In this document: piece by piece, positions 1 to 10,800 of the stretch
How positions within the stretch are numbered: the first letter of the stretch is position 1
Layout of the letters: each line of letters starts with the position of its first letter
Assembly (NCBI GenBank): GCA_015232565.1
Contig: JADFZK010000004.1
Coordinates: 11,907-75,906 of the forward strand
Length of the DNA stretch: 64,000 nt
Origin: Candidatus Omnitrophota bacterium
Lineage (GTDB): Bacteria; Omnitrophota; Gorgyraeia; Zapsychrales; Fredricksoniimonadaceae
Direction: 5' to 3'
The notes under the pieces: generated by a model
What the model saw: the letters and a program-made list of their open reading frames with translations, nothing else
The model's database searches: none
Told to the model about the DNA's origin: nothing
Made by a program: the position numbers and the translations under genes

Positions 1-1088
1 TCTCGTATTCGATCGGATCCTCAATAGTAATGATCTTGCGATTGGGGTCATTGATCTCGTGCAAACAGGCGTAAAGGGTAGTGGTCTTGCCGCTTCCCGT
101 CGGACCGGTCACAAAGATAATGCCGTGTGGACGGCAGATCAACTCGCGGAACTTGCGGGCATTGTCCTTGTTGAAGCCCAGCTTCTCCAGGTCCAGCAAG
201 GTGGTCGTGGTCGGCAAAAGCCGGATGACCATGCTTTCGCCATGTAACGTGGGAATAGTGGAAACCCGCAGATCCAGGGCCTGGTCCTTTACCCGCACGA
301 CGGCACTGCCATCATGGGGCTTACGCCTTTCGGTAATGCTGATATTAGCCATGATCTTGATCCGCGACAGAATAGCCGCCAGAAAATGGCGGGCTTCCAC
401 CGGCAAATTAGCATCGATCAACACCCCGTCAATACGATAACGAAAACGGACTTTATTGCGATAGGGTTCAATATGGATATCCGTAGCCCGTTTTTGAAAA
501 GCTTCCAGGATTATCTGATTGACCAGTTTGGTAACCGACGGGTCCTCGCTGGAACGCTCAATATCTTCCGGCGCGCCACTTTCCTCCTGAGCAAACTGGG
601 CGCGTTTCCGCGGCTCTTTGGTCAGGATCTGATCGATAGTCTCCGACGCCAACCCGTAGTACTTCTTTAAAGCTTCCTCGATGTCCCAGGGCCCGGCCAA
701 AACCTGCCGAGTGTCCAGGCCGAGATGAGCGCGAATATCGTCCTGACTGCGGATATCCAACGGTTCAAAGACCGCCACGGTAAGCTTATTGCCTTCCAGC
801 GCCACCGGCATGAACTGGTAATACGAAGCCACCTTAACGGGCACCCGCTCGATCACCGCCTTGTCGATCACCGCCGCTTTAAGATTGATCACTTCCAGCT
901 TGAGCAGGTCGGACAAGGCCTTCAATAGCTCAGGGGCCTTGAGAACCCCTTCCTGAACCAGATAAACGCCCAGCTTCTTGTTAAGCCGCTGAGCTTCACT
1001 GGCGTAGGCCAGAAGCGCAGATTCATCGAGCAGTTCGGATTTAAGGATAGAATCGATCAGAGATTTACTGACAGAGGGCTTAAGCATA
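1..1088 (-). CDS. Type II secretion / type IV pilus assembly ATPase, GspE/PilB/MshE family (5' part only; C-terminus lies beyond the window start)
   Basis: Reverse-complement translation from ATG at 1086-1088 gives MLKPSVSKSLIDS...; N-terminal T2SSE_N/MshEN-like helical domains are followed by the Walker A box FVTGPTGSGKTTTLYACL and IEDPIEYE, diagnostic of secretion NTPases. The start lies 18 nt downstream of the atpD stop. Confidence 0.8.
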
Positions 1089-1106
1089 CGATTTCACGAG
1101 GTCCGG

Positions 1107-2561
<1,455 letters not shown>

Positions 2562-2572
2562 TTATAGGTACA

Positions 2573-3430
2573 TCACTTGGAAACCGACATCATTCTCGAG
2601 GAGAAAACTTCCCGCAGACTCTTGTCGATATCATTCTTACGGGCCTTGCGATATTTCATTTTATACAACTGGCCCTCTTTTTTCACGTTCGTCAAACTGG
2701 TATCCAGCTGTTGCGACTGAGCCGAGACCGCCGCAATACTGGTATCGAACATCATTTCATAGATCTTGGTCGAAGTCCATAAATTCGCCAAATAACCGAT
2801 CACATCCAAAGGGTCTGATTCTTCAATAACATGAGTGAACTGTTCGACCTTTTGCTTTTGCTTCTGAAAGATAAACTCGCACGGCAAAAGCTTAACTACC
2901 CGAGCCTTAACGGTCTGCAGATCCTTTGGCCAGGGATAGACTACCAGCACCTTGCCAATCTTGCCGGTCAACACCTGCTCAACCAGATAATCCTTGAGCA
3001 TGACCGAGGTCTCGTACATCCCGCATTCGGCGATCTCTTCAAAGGTCCGGGTATTTTTGACCCCCATCATGGCCAGTTTCATGACTCCCTTACGGCCGAC
3101 GGTCACGAACTGGGCGTCCGGATGTTTGTCCCGCTCATCGAGCGCCCGGACAATGACCTTATTATTCAGGTCGCCAATGAAGCCCTCTTCGGAAGTAATA
3201 ACCACGATACAAACATTAGGATTCGTGTTCGCCACCAGCGGATGGGCGATCTCGGTGTATTCGAGCAACCGAAAGAACTCGGCAAAAGATTCGCCGAAAC
3301 GCTGGAAACCGCCGCGCCGGGCAAAAAGGTCGCGAAATTTCATATCCGCGATATCCTTGAGGACTTGCACCAGCTCAACAAGGTCGCGCACTTCGATCAT
3401 TTCCCGTTTTACCTTATTGGCCTTTCCCAT
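2573..3430 (-). CDS. atpG: F-type ATP synthase gamma subunit
   Basis: 285 aa; size, position between b/delta and beta, and N-/C-terminal helical segments are typical of gamma; 23-nt gap to atpD. Confidence 0.75.
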   Translation of the reverse strand: MGKANKVKREMIEVRDLVELVQVLKDIADMKFRDLFARRGGFQRFGESFAEFFRLLEYTEIAHPLVANTNPNVCIVVITSEEGFIGDLNNKVIVRALDERDKHPDAQFVTVGRKGVMKLAMMGVKNTRTFEEIAECGMYETSVMLKDYLVEQVLTGKIGKVLVVYPWPKDLQTVKARVVKLLPCEFIFQKQKQKVEQFTHVIEESDPLDVIGYLANLWTSTKIYEMMFDTSIAAVSAQSQQLDTSLTNVKKEGQLYKMKYRKARKNDIDKSLREVFSSRMMSVSK

Positions 3431-3442
3431 AGTGCCTTAGGG

Positions 3443-4201
3443 TTATTTCTTGTCCTGATAACTCTTCTCAACCAAGGTCTTGAGCGCCACCGCGTTATCG
3501 CGGATCGCGGTCTTCAGGCTGGCATCGAGCTGTAAACTGCCGAACTTTAAAACCACCCCGCTGATATGCCCGGCTTCCGCCTTGGCCGTCAGGGTCATTT
3601 CCCTTCCGGTCTTGGTACGGATAATATCCGATATTTGCTTCACGTCGGCATCAGTAGCTCCATTGACAGTCACAATATCGGCCTGACGGATCTCGGTACT
3701 GATCCTGGACATATCCACTTCGCGCAATTGGGCAATAAAATCATCGATCAAATCCCGCTCCAGGGCGGCTTTGGCTTTCTTAGTAAGGATCTCGTCGATG
3801 ATCTTGACGGAATAATCAACTATCTTAAGCTCCATTTGTTTCTCGATATCACGGCGGATACCTTCGGCCGCATTTTGCGCTTTAATGATTATCTCTTCAG
3901 CTTCCAGGCGGGCTTTGCCCACCAGTTCTTCCTTGCGTTTATTGGCATCGGCTTCCAGCTCACCCTTCATCTTAAGCTCGAGCGCATCCAGCTCGCGTTT
4001 ACGCTGGGCCAATTCGTCATCCGCCTGACGTATTTTGCGGTTAAGCTCCGCCTCGCGGGCGCGCGCGGCTTCAGCATCGCGGTCCAGGCGCATCTTGGCC
4101 CCTTCCACACTGGAAACGAAAACCCGGTGCAGAGCAAAAATTATCCCGCCCGAGACAATGGCTGTTAACACCAGAAACTGGATTATCAATTCACCGCTCA
4201 T
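3443..4201 (-). CDS. atpF: ATP synthase b subunit fused to a delta/OSCP C-terminal-like domain (peripheral stalk)
   Basis: 252 aa. The N-terminal TM helix (LIIQFLVLTAIVSGGIIFAL) and about 150 aa of charged coiled coil look like subunit b. The C-terminal roughly 80 aa (VTVNGATDADVKQISDIIRTK...ISGVVLKFGSLQLDASLKTAIRD) match the delta/OSCP C-terminal domain pattern (v.SA..L....GG..i..g..v.D.S....L). No delta N-terminal helical-bundle domain is present. Confidence 0.6.
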   Translation of the reverse strand: MSGELIIQFLVLTAIVSGGIIFALHRVFVSSVEGAKMRLDRDAEAARAREAELNRKIRQADDELAQRKRELDALELKMKGELEADANKRKEELVGKARLEAEEIIIKAQNAAEGIRRDIEKQMELKIVDYSVKIIDEILTKKAKAALERDLIDDFIAQLREVDMSRISTEIRQADIVTVNGATDADVKQISDIIRTKTGREMTLTAKAEAGHISGVVLKFGSLQLDASLKTAIRDNAVALKTLVEKSYQDKK

Positions 4202-4266
4202 ACTGAATACCCCATTTTAGTTTTTCAACAAAAGAATTCTTGACGCCACGGCGGCCCTGAATACTA

Positions 4267-4497
4267 TCAATCAGAGAAAACGTGAAAGAACAATAACAAC
4301 ATCGCGAAAGCAAAGATCTCCACCAACAAGAACTGCACACAAATCCCCATCTGCATTTTAGCACTGCGGCTGGGATGCTGGCCCAGGTTCTCAATTAACC
4401 GGGTACCCAACATAGCAGTAAAAAAACAAGGCACTCCCACCATCACCAGAAACATGCCAATAAAAACAAACCCCTCATGCCAGAACTGGAATCGCAT
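4267..4497 (-). CDS. ATP synthase c-subunit paralog (c')
   Basis: 76 aa hairpin of two TM helices; aligns with the adjacent c subunit (LIENLGQHPSRSAKMQMGICVQFLLVEIFAFAML vs VIKALSRNPSAASKIFMGMAIMLVFVEAIAIVSIL), including the loop R-x-P and the helix-2 carboxylate E. Confidence 0.55.
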   Translation of the reverse strand: MRFQFWHEGFVFIGMFLVMVGVPCFFTAMLGTRLIENLGQHPSRSAKMQMGICVQFLLVEIFAFAMLLLFFHVFSD

Positions 4498-4500
4498 GGA

Positions 4501-4722
4501 TCACTGCCTCGCGAATAGCTGAAAGATCACCAGGATAGAAACGATCGCGATCGCCTCCACGAACACCAGCATGATCGCCATACCCATGAATATTTTCGAT
4601 GCCGCGGAAGGGTTCCGACTCAGGGCTTTAATAACCGCATACCCCAATACGGAGATGACCACCGACGGACCCATCACCGCTATGAACATAACCGTCAGAA
4701 TAATAAATGTTTCTGCAAGCAT
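4501..4722 (-). CDS. atpE: F-type ATP synthase c subunit
   Basis: 73 aa; two TM helices, polar loop SRNP, conserved helix-2 Glu (FVEAIAI); 3-nt gap to the c' paralog. Confidence 0.75.
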   Translation of the reverse strand: MLAETFIILTVMFIAVMGPSVVISVLGYAVIKALSRNPSAASKIFMGMAIMLVFVEAIAIVSILVIFQLFARQ

Positions 4723-4737
4723 GGCTTTATCTCTTTG

Positions 4738-5013
4738 TTAGTTTCCGGGTGTTACGGCGGCTATCTTTTCTTCGATCATTATGTTGCACTCATTCGCAAA
4801 GAACCTGACCACCCCACCCTTGACCGGCAAACGCTTTTCCCAGTTGATAATAATTTCACCGGCCACTATCCCGATCAACGGGTAATGATAGGCCAGCAAT
4901 TCATATTCACCGCGATCCCCGGTAATAAAAACACTGCTGACCTCTTCTTCCAGGATCAAACGCTTGGCGCTCAGGATCACACAGCGAAAATTGCCTTTAT
5001 ACTTGGATGCCAT
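4738..5013 (-). CDS. atpC: ATP synthase epsilon subunit, short form (N-terminal beta-sandwich only)
   Basis: 91 aa; beta-rich sequence with GEYELLAYHYPLIGIVAGEI resembling the epsilon N-terminal domain; position within the atp cluster; lacks the usual C-terminal helical hairpin. Confidence 0.5.
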   Translation of the reverse strand: MASKYKGNFRCVILSAKRLILEEEVSSVFITGDRGEYELLAYHYPLIGIVAGEIIINWEKRLPVKGGVVRFFANECNIMIEEKIAAVTPGN

Positions 5014-5032
5014 TATGCCTGCCCTCGCCCAC

Positions 5033-6520
5033 TCACGACTCTTCCTGGCCCGCCGCCTTAACCCGCTTGCGGATATCAGAAATAAGGCCGGTTATAACTT
5101 CATCCAGCAATTTCTCGATCTCGGTATCAAGTTTCTTTTTCTCACGCAGAAGCGTCATTAATACCGGTTTATTCTTCTGCGTATAGGCCAGACACTCGGC
5201 CTGAAAAAGGTTTACCTGGTCAATCGTCAGGTCATTCATATATTTTCGATTAAAAGCATAAAAGATGACCACCTGCATTTCCAGGCAAACCGGAGCATCT
5301 TTATCCTGGCGCAGAATATGAGTCAGGATCAACCCGCGTTTTAATTTCTGCTTCATTTCATCCGATTGCCCGGAAGTCTTCAGCTTCGACAACCGCAATA
5401 ATTCACGATACTGCAAATATTCCAAACGCAAGGGCCCCGACAAGGTCTTGATGGCCGACCATTGCACTTTCGATCCCACGCGCGAAACCGAAAGCCCCAG
5501 GTCGAGCGCCGGCTTCTGGCCTTCGCCGAAGATCTGGGCGCTTAATAATATCTGGCCGTCGGTCATGGACACCAGGTTCGACGGTACAAAAGCGGTCAGA
5601 TCGCCTTCCAGGATATCGACGATCGGGAAAAAGGTCATCGAACCGCCGCCTTTTTCCTTGCTCAAATAACAGGAACGTTCGATCATTTTGGAATGCAAAT
5701 AGAAAATATCGCCCGGATACGAATCGCGTCCCGGCGGGCGGCCCAGCAAAAGCGAGATCTCACGATAACACCAGGCATGTTTGGTAAAGTCATCAAAACC
5801 TATAAAAACATCCTGTCCGCGCTGCATGAAATACTCGCCCAGGGAACAAGCCACATATGGCGCCAGATATTGCTGACCGGGCGTGGATGAAGCCGAAGCC
5901 GAAACAATCATGCTGTAATCAAAACACTTATGATCCTTAAAAAGCTGAACTACCTTGGCCAAAGAAGCGCGGGCCTTACCGATACCGCAATAAATACAGA
6001 TCACCCCGGTATTGCGCTGATTTATAATAGTATCGGTTACGAAGGTGGTTTTGCCGGTCATCTTATCGCCGAGGATCAACTCACGCTGCCCGCGGCCGAT
6101 TGGTATCATGGCATCCAAAACTTTGATCCCGGTTTCCAGCGTTTTACTAAGGGGCTGACGATCCAGGATCATAGGTGCGTCCGGAAAGATCGGGGCCATG
6201 ATCTCCGGCGTTATTGGCCCCAGACCATCCAGCGGTTCGGCCAGAGGATTAACAATACGCCCGATAAAACTTTTGCCTGCTGGAGTATAAAAAGGCTCGA
6301 TTGAAGCGATCGCCTTCTGCCCCGTGCGGATCTTCTCAGCTTCTTTAATAATTAGAACCTGGGTCTCAAATTCATTGAACCCCACGACCAAACCCAAAGT
6401 ACCAAACCCGAAACGGATCAATTGGCCATTAATACAATTCTGAAAGCCGGTCACGATAACGATACAACCGCGAATGGCCTTAACAATACCTTCTTCTGTA
6501 TATTGCAGTTTAATGCTCAT
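5033..6520 (-). CDS. atpA: F-type ATP synthase alpha subunit
   Basis: 495 aa; N-terminal beta-barrel domain, P-loop GDKMTGKTT (variant of GDRQTGKT), alpha-type nucleotide-binding domain; start ATG overlaps the TGA stop of the upstream gene (ATGA). Confidence 0.85.
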   Translation of the reverse strand: MSIKLQYTEEGIVKAIRGCIVIVTGFQNCINGQLIRFGFGTLGLVVGFNEFETQVLIIKEAEKIRTGQKAIASIEPFYTPAGKSFIGRIVNPLAEPLDGLGPITPEIMAPIFPDAPMILDRQPLSKTLETGIKVLDAMIPIGRGQRELILGDKMTGKTTFVTDTIINQRNTGVICIYCGIGKARASLAKVVQLFKDHKCFDYSMIVSASASSTPGQQYLAPYVACSLGEYFMQRGQDVFIGFDDFTKHAWCYREISLLLGRPPGRDSYPGDIFYLHSKMIERSCYLSKEKGGGSMTFFPIVDILEGDLTAFVPSNLVSMTDGQILLSAQIFGEGQKPALDLGLSVSRVGSKVQWSAIKTLSGPLRLEYLQYRELLRLSKLKTSGQSDEMKQKLKRGLILTHILRQDKDAPVCLEMQVVIFYAFNRKYMNDLTIDQVNLFQAECLAYTQKNKPVLMTLLREKKKLDTEIEKLLDEVITGLISDIRKRVKAAGQEES

Positions 6521-7848
6521 GCATCGTCTTTCTTTTCTTCTTTCGGCATTGTCATTTCTTCCTGTTTCTTTTCTTTTGCCGTCCGTAAGAACCAGGTTAT
6601 AAAATGGATAAAGGTGAACAAAGCCAGGAAGATCATAACACTGCCAATGATTTTCCAGGCGGCGTTAACAGTCGGCTTTTTGTCAAAGATAGCCTGGGAA
6701 ACCCGTGCCAGCGACTTCATGGACTGGATCTTCTGCATTACGTTCTTGATCTTGCTTTTTTCCAGCTTCGCCCGGTGCTGAGCCAGCAACTTCTCCAGGG
6801 CCACACAATCACTGCGTGTTTGTGCCAGGCGTTTCTGATTGATCCGAAAAGCACCTATGTGCTGTTGAATATCCGGTTGCTGCATTGCTTGCAGTGAGGA
6901 GATCAACTCTAAATTATTTGTGATCTCGTTAAACAAAGTCTTGGCCGTACCGGAAAACTCCGACGCTTGCAACGAAGCATAGACATTTGTAGAACGCTCC
7001 TTGATAAAATCTATATCTTTCTGTGGTACAAACCACACATCCCGAATACCGATGCGGATATTCTTCTTTTCGTTTGCCCCCAGGTCTTCTTCCTTAAAAA
7101 GAAAAGGCGCCTGCTTGTTCTCATCAAAACGGATCTCGTACCCCTGGCGATCTACCACATCTTCCGGCCGTACTTCAAGCGGCAGAAAATGCTGCTGCTT
7201 AACTTTCTTTAATTTATCAGTAGGATTCGAAACTTCCAAAACATAATTGATAATTTTCTTACTTTCCTGATCCTGCGCATCCGAGCGCCAATAATCGATA
7301 TATTTGGCTTTGGTATTAATGTCTTCCAGAGTTTGTAAATGACTGCGGTAAGTGTCTATACGCTGGTCTATCGAACCGGTAGCCTGAGACTGCTCGCTTA
7401 GTACGTAATCAAGCTTGGCAATAAGTTTTTCTTTAAGCTGCTGGCCATTCTCAGCGCTACGCTCCGCGCCCATTTCATTGAAACCCTGCTCAATGTTCTG
7501 ACGAATATCGGCTATCTTTTCATTGGAAATACGCCAGACATCGCGGATCTTGACTTTAAAAGTGCGGGATTCTTTAGGCTGTAAAAGACATTTACCGTGC
7601 AGGAAATAACCGGCATCTTTAATGTCGTAATCGACTTCCAACCCGGCAGGATCTACAATGTCCGATGGTTTAATTTCACCCGGCAGGCTGAAGCGGATAT
7701 CTTTATCCTGGGCGGTCTCTGTACCATTCACCGCCAGGACATTGATAATAACAGCTGCTGACGCCAGAGAAAGGTTAACACAGCCCGCAATAATTAAGAC
7801 TGCCCAACATATAGCAAAATTCTTGAGCTTTAGGGCGTCAGCTCGCAT
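6517..7848 (-). CDS. Hypothetical signal-anchored coiled-coil protein (N-terminal hydrophobic segment, long helical middle, C-terminal TM helix, lysine-rich tail)
   Basis: 443-aa ORF; N-terminal FAICWAVLIIAGCVNLSLASAAVIINVLA, C-terminal AAWKIIGSVMIFLALFTFIHFITWFL; begins 6 nt after the giant-gene stop and overlaps the atpA start by 4 nt; no recognisable family. Confidence 0.5.
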   Translation of the reverse strand: MRADALKLKNFAICWAVLIIAGCVNLSLASAAVIINVLAVNGTETAQDKDIRFSLPGEIKPSDIVDPAGLEVDYDIKDAGYFLHGKCLLQPKESRTFKVKIRDVWRISNEKIADIRQNIEQGFNEMGAERSAENGQQLKEKLIAKLDYVLSEQSQATGSIDQRIDTYRSHLQTLEDINTKAKYIDYWRSDAQDQESKKIINYVLEVSNPTDKLKKVKQQHFLPLEVRPEDVVDRQGYEIRFDENKQAPFLFKEEDLGANEKKNIRIGIRDVWFVPQKDIDFIKERSTNVYASLQASEFSGTAKTLFNEITNNLELISSLQAMQQPDIQQHIGAFRINQKRLAQTRSDCVALEKLLAQHRAKLEKSKIKNVMQKIQSMKSLARVSQAIFDKKPTVNAAWKIIGSVMIFLALFTFIHFITWFLRTAKEKKQEEMTMPKEEKKDDA

Positions 7849-7854
7849 ACGGAA

Positions 7855-10800
7855 TTATTCCTCGCTTTCAAACCAGGTCTTAACCACGATATCGTCGACT
7901 TTCATGGCTTCCTGTAACGCGCGGATCTTGGCGTCAATCTCTTCCAGCTTGGCGTTAACGCGATCCATATCCTTGGCCTGCTGTTTGGTCAGATTCTCCA
8001 CCAACAATCCGGTATTCTCGAGGCCCGCTAACTTGGCCTGTTCTTCGAGGATCTTGGTGAGCATACCCACGACTTCCTGGGCAAATCCGCCGGCACCCGC
8101 ACCAGCACCCTGGCCGCTGATACCTTCGGCACTTTGTTTCATTTCCTGGACATATTGCGAGAACTCTTCCAGCTTTTCGTAAATAGTAGGCGACTGGCCG
8201 TTAACACCCAGATCATCATTGATGCCCATGGCGGAAGCTAAAGCCGCCCCGGCCGAAGCCTGCATTCTGGCCAGCTGTTTAAACACCGTAATATCCGTAT
8301 CTGCTTGAGCAACTCCCAGCAAGGTCTGAATATTCTTGATATCACCAAAAATGGTCTTGGATTCAGCTTTATCCGAATCGGTTCCCAAAAGCTGTAATAT
8401 TGACTTGAAGCTCTTGGTACCCATTGCATCGGTAATATTATTGATCTTCCCTAACAAGGTGTCCGTCCCGGCGGCATCATCAACACTCCCAACCACATCA
8501 AAAACATGTTGCATATTGGTAATAAGTGTTGGCGCGTCATTAGAGAAGGTCGACAATGCCGTCCAATTAATAGTAGACGTCGACATATTGGTAATATCAT
8601 CCCAATTTACATTTGCTTTGGAGAAGGTAGCCATTTCGCCCCAATTGATCCCGGCCCGGGTCATAGTACCCATATCAGCCCAATCAATATCAGCCGCACC
8701 AACAATACCCATATCTTCCCAGTTAATTGCACCACTGGTCATCTTTGCCATATCATTCCAATTAACAGAGGAATTGGTCATGGTCATCCAATCGTCCCAA
8801 TTAATTCCTGTTTCCAGGAACGAATTCATATCTTCCCAATTAATACCGGCACCGGTCATATACGCCAGGCTATCCCAATTAACACTCGCATCAGTCATTT
8901 GCGCAATGCCATCCCAGTTAAGGCCTTTGCGGGATAAATTGTCGATCTCGGTCCAATTAATACCCGCCAGCGATAAATCACCAATATCCAGCCAATTTAA
9001 GCCAGTGGTACTCATGGTGAAGATATCTTCCCAGTTAATGTGCGATTCACTGATTTGTACGATATCGTTCCAGTTGATCCCTACATCCGACATCACCGCA
9101 ATGCTTTCCCAGTTAATGCCATCATTGGTCATTTGGCTAATATCCATCCAGTTAAGACCGGAATCCGACATCAGCATCATATCTTCCCAGTTAATGTTGG
9201 TAGTGCTCATCTCGGCGATACCGCTCCAATTAACGCCCGTCCCGGACATACTGCTCAATGAATCCCAGTTAATATTAACGCTCGACAGATCGCTTAAACC
9301 TTCCCAATTAACTTGCGCTTCAGACAAGAAACCAAGGCTGGCCCAATTGACACCCTGAGCGGACATGTTCTGAATAGCCGCCCAGTTAATGTCTGTAAGA
9401 GACATTGTAGACATATCAGTCCAATTAATTCCAGAATCCGACATCATCATTAAATCAGTCCAGTTAACACCATTATTTGTTAATTCAGACATATCCTGCC
9501 AATTAATTGTACTTTGACTTAAAGTTTGCAAATCGTCCCAATTAACTCCCGACTCAGTGAAAACTTCAAAATCAGTCCAGTTAATGCCCGAATTGGTCAT
9601 ACCGCTGAAACTCTCCCAATTAATCGAACTTTGGGTTAAGGCGCTAAAATCTGTCCAATTGATCGCATTATCAGTCAAGACCTGCATATCAGTCCAGTTA
9701 ATGCCCGCGTTAGACATTGATCCCAGGCTGTCCCAATTTGCACCAGCGGTCGACATTGATGCAATGTCAGTCCAATTGATCTCGCTGAACGACAAGGTGT
9801 TAATATCCTGCCAGTTAATGCTGGAATTACTTAATGTCCCAAAATCGGTCCAATTAATCCCGTTGTTGGACATACTCATCATATCAGCCCAATTCACGCC
9901 AGTCTCAGACAATTGAGCCATATCGGCCCAATTTACTGCCGCTAAGGTCATAGTTTCAATATCGGTCCAATTAACATTAGATTGAGAGAAGATGCCCAGA
10001 TCGGTCCAATTAACACCGTTAGTAGTCAACGCAGCCATATCCGTCCAGTTAACACCTGCGGCAGTCATTGCTCCGATGCTTTCCCAATTAACACCCGAAT
10101 TAGTCAGGGAATTCATATCGGTCCAATTTATTCCGGTCAAAGACAACGATTCCATATCCGACCAGTTAACCCCGGTCGCCGTCAATAAACTTAAGTCTTC
10201 CCAATTCACGTTACTAATTGTCATCGTTTGCAGATCAGTCCAGTTAACTCCGGTATCAGTTAATGTCTGCAGATCAGTCCAATTAATACTCGAGTCCGAC
10301 AAAGCGCCTATATCAGTCCAGTTAACTCCGGCGTTGGTCATAAAATCAATACTCGACCAGTTCACGCCACTGCGAGTTAATTGATCAATATCAGTCCAAT
10401 TAACGGCAGTTAAACTCATTGAACCAATATCCGTCCAGTTAATGCCTGAACCTGTCAGTTCGGAGAAATTTAACCAGTTAACAGTAGAAGATGTGAGTAC
10501 GGTCAGATCGTCCCAGTTAACAGCGTTAACAGATAGTTTTTCCAGGTCCATCCAATTAACACCGGCGTTGGTCATAATATCCAGATCCGACCAGTTCACT
10601 CCGGTCTGCGCCAGGACGGCCAGATCATCCCAATTTACACCGGTCTGCGCCATTACTGAAATATCAGACCAGTTTACAGTCGAGAGGGACAGACTGCTAA
10701 TATCAGTCCAGTTTATTGTAGAAGTGCCCATCATCGCCAGATCGGTCCAATTAATAGCAGTATCACTCATGCGCGCCAGATCAGTCCAATTAACACCAGA

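Noticed and set aside
4191-4394. 67-aa minus-strand ORF overlapping the c' gene
   Set aside because: Alternative frame of the c' region. The c-subunit frame has the conserved hairpin features.
6517-7848. Candidate for the missing ATP synthase a subunit
   Set aside because: It has only two hydrophobic segments and a long coiled coil. Subunit a needs 5-6 TM helices and a conserved Arg in the penultimate helix, so this is not atpB.
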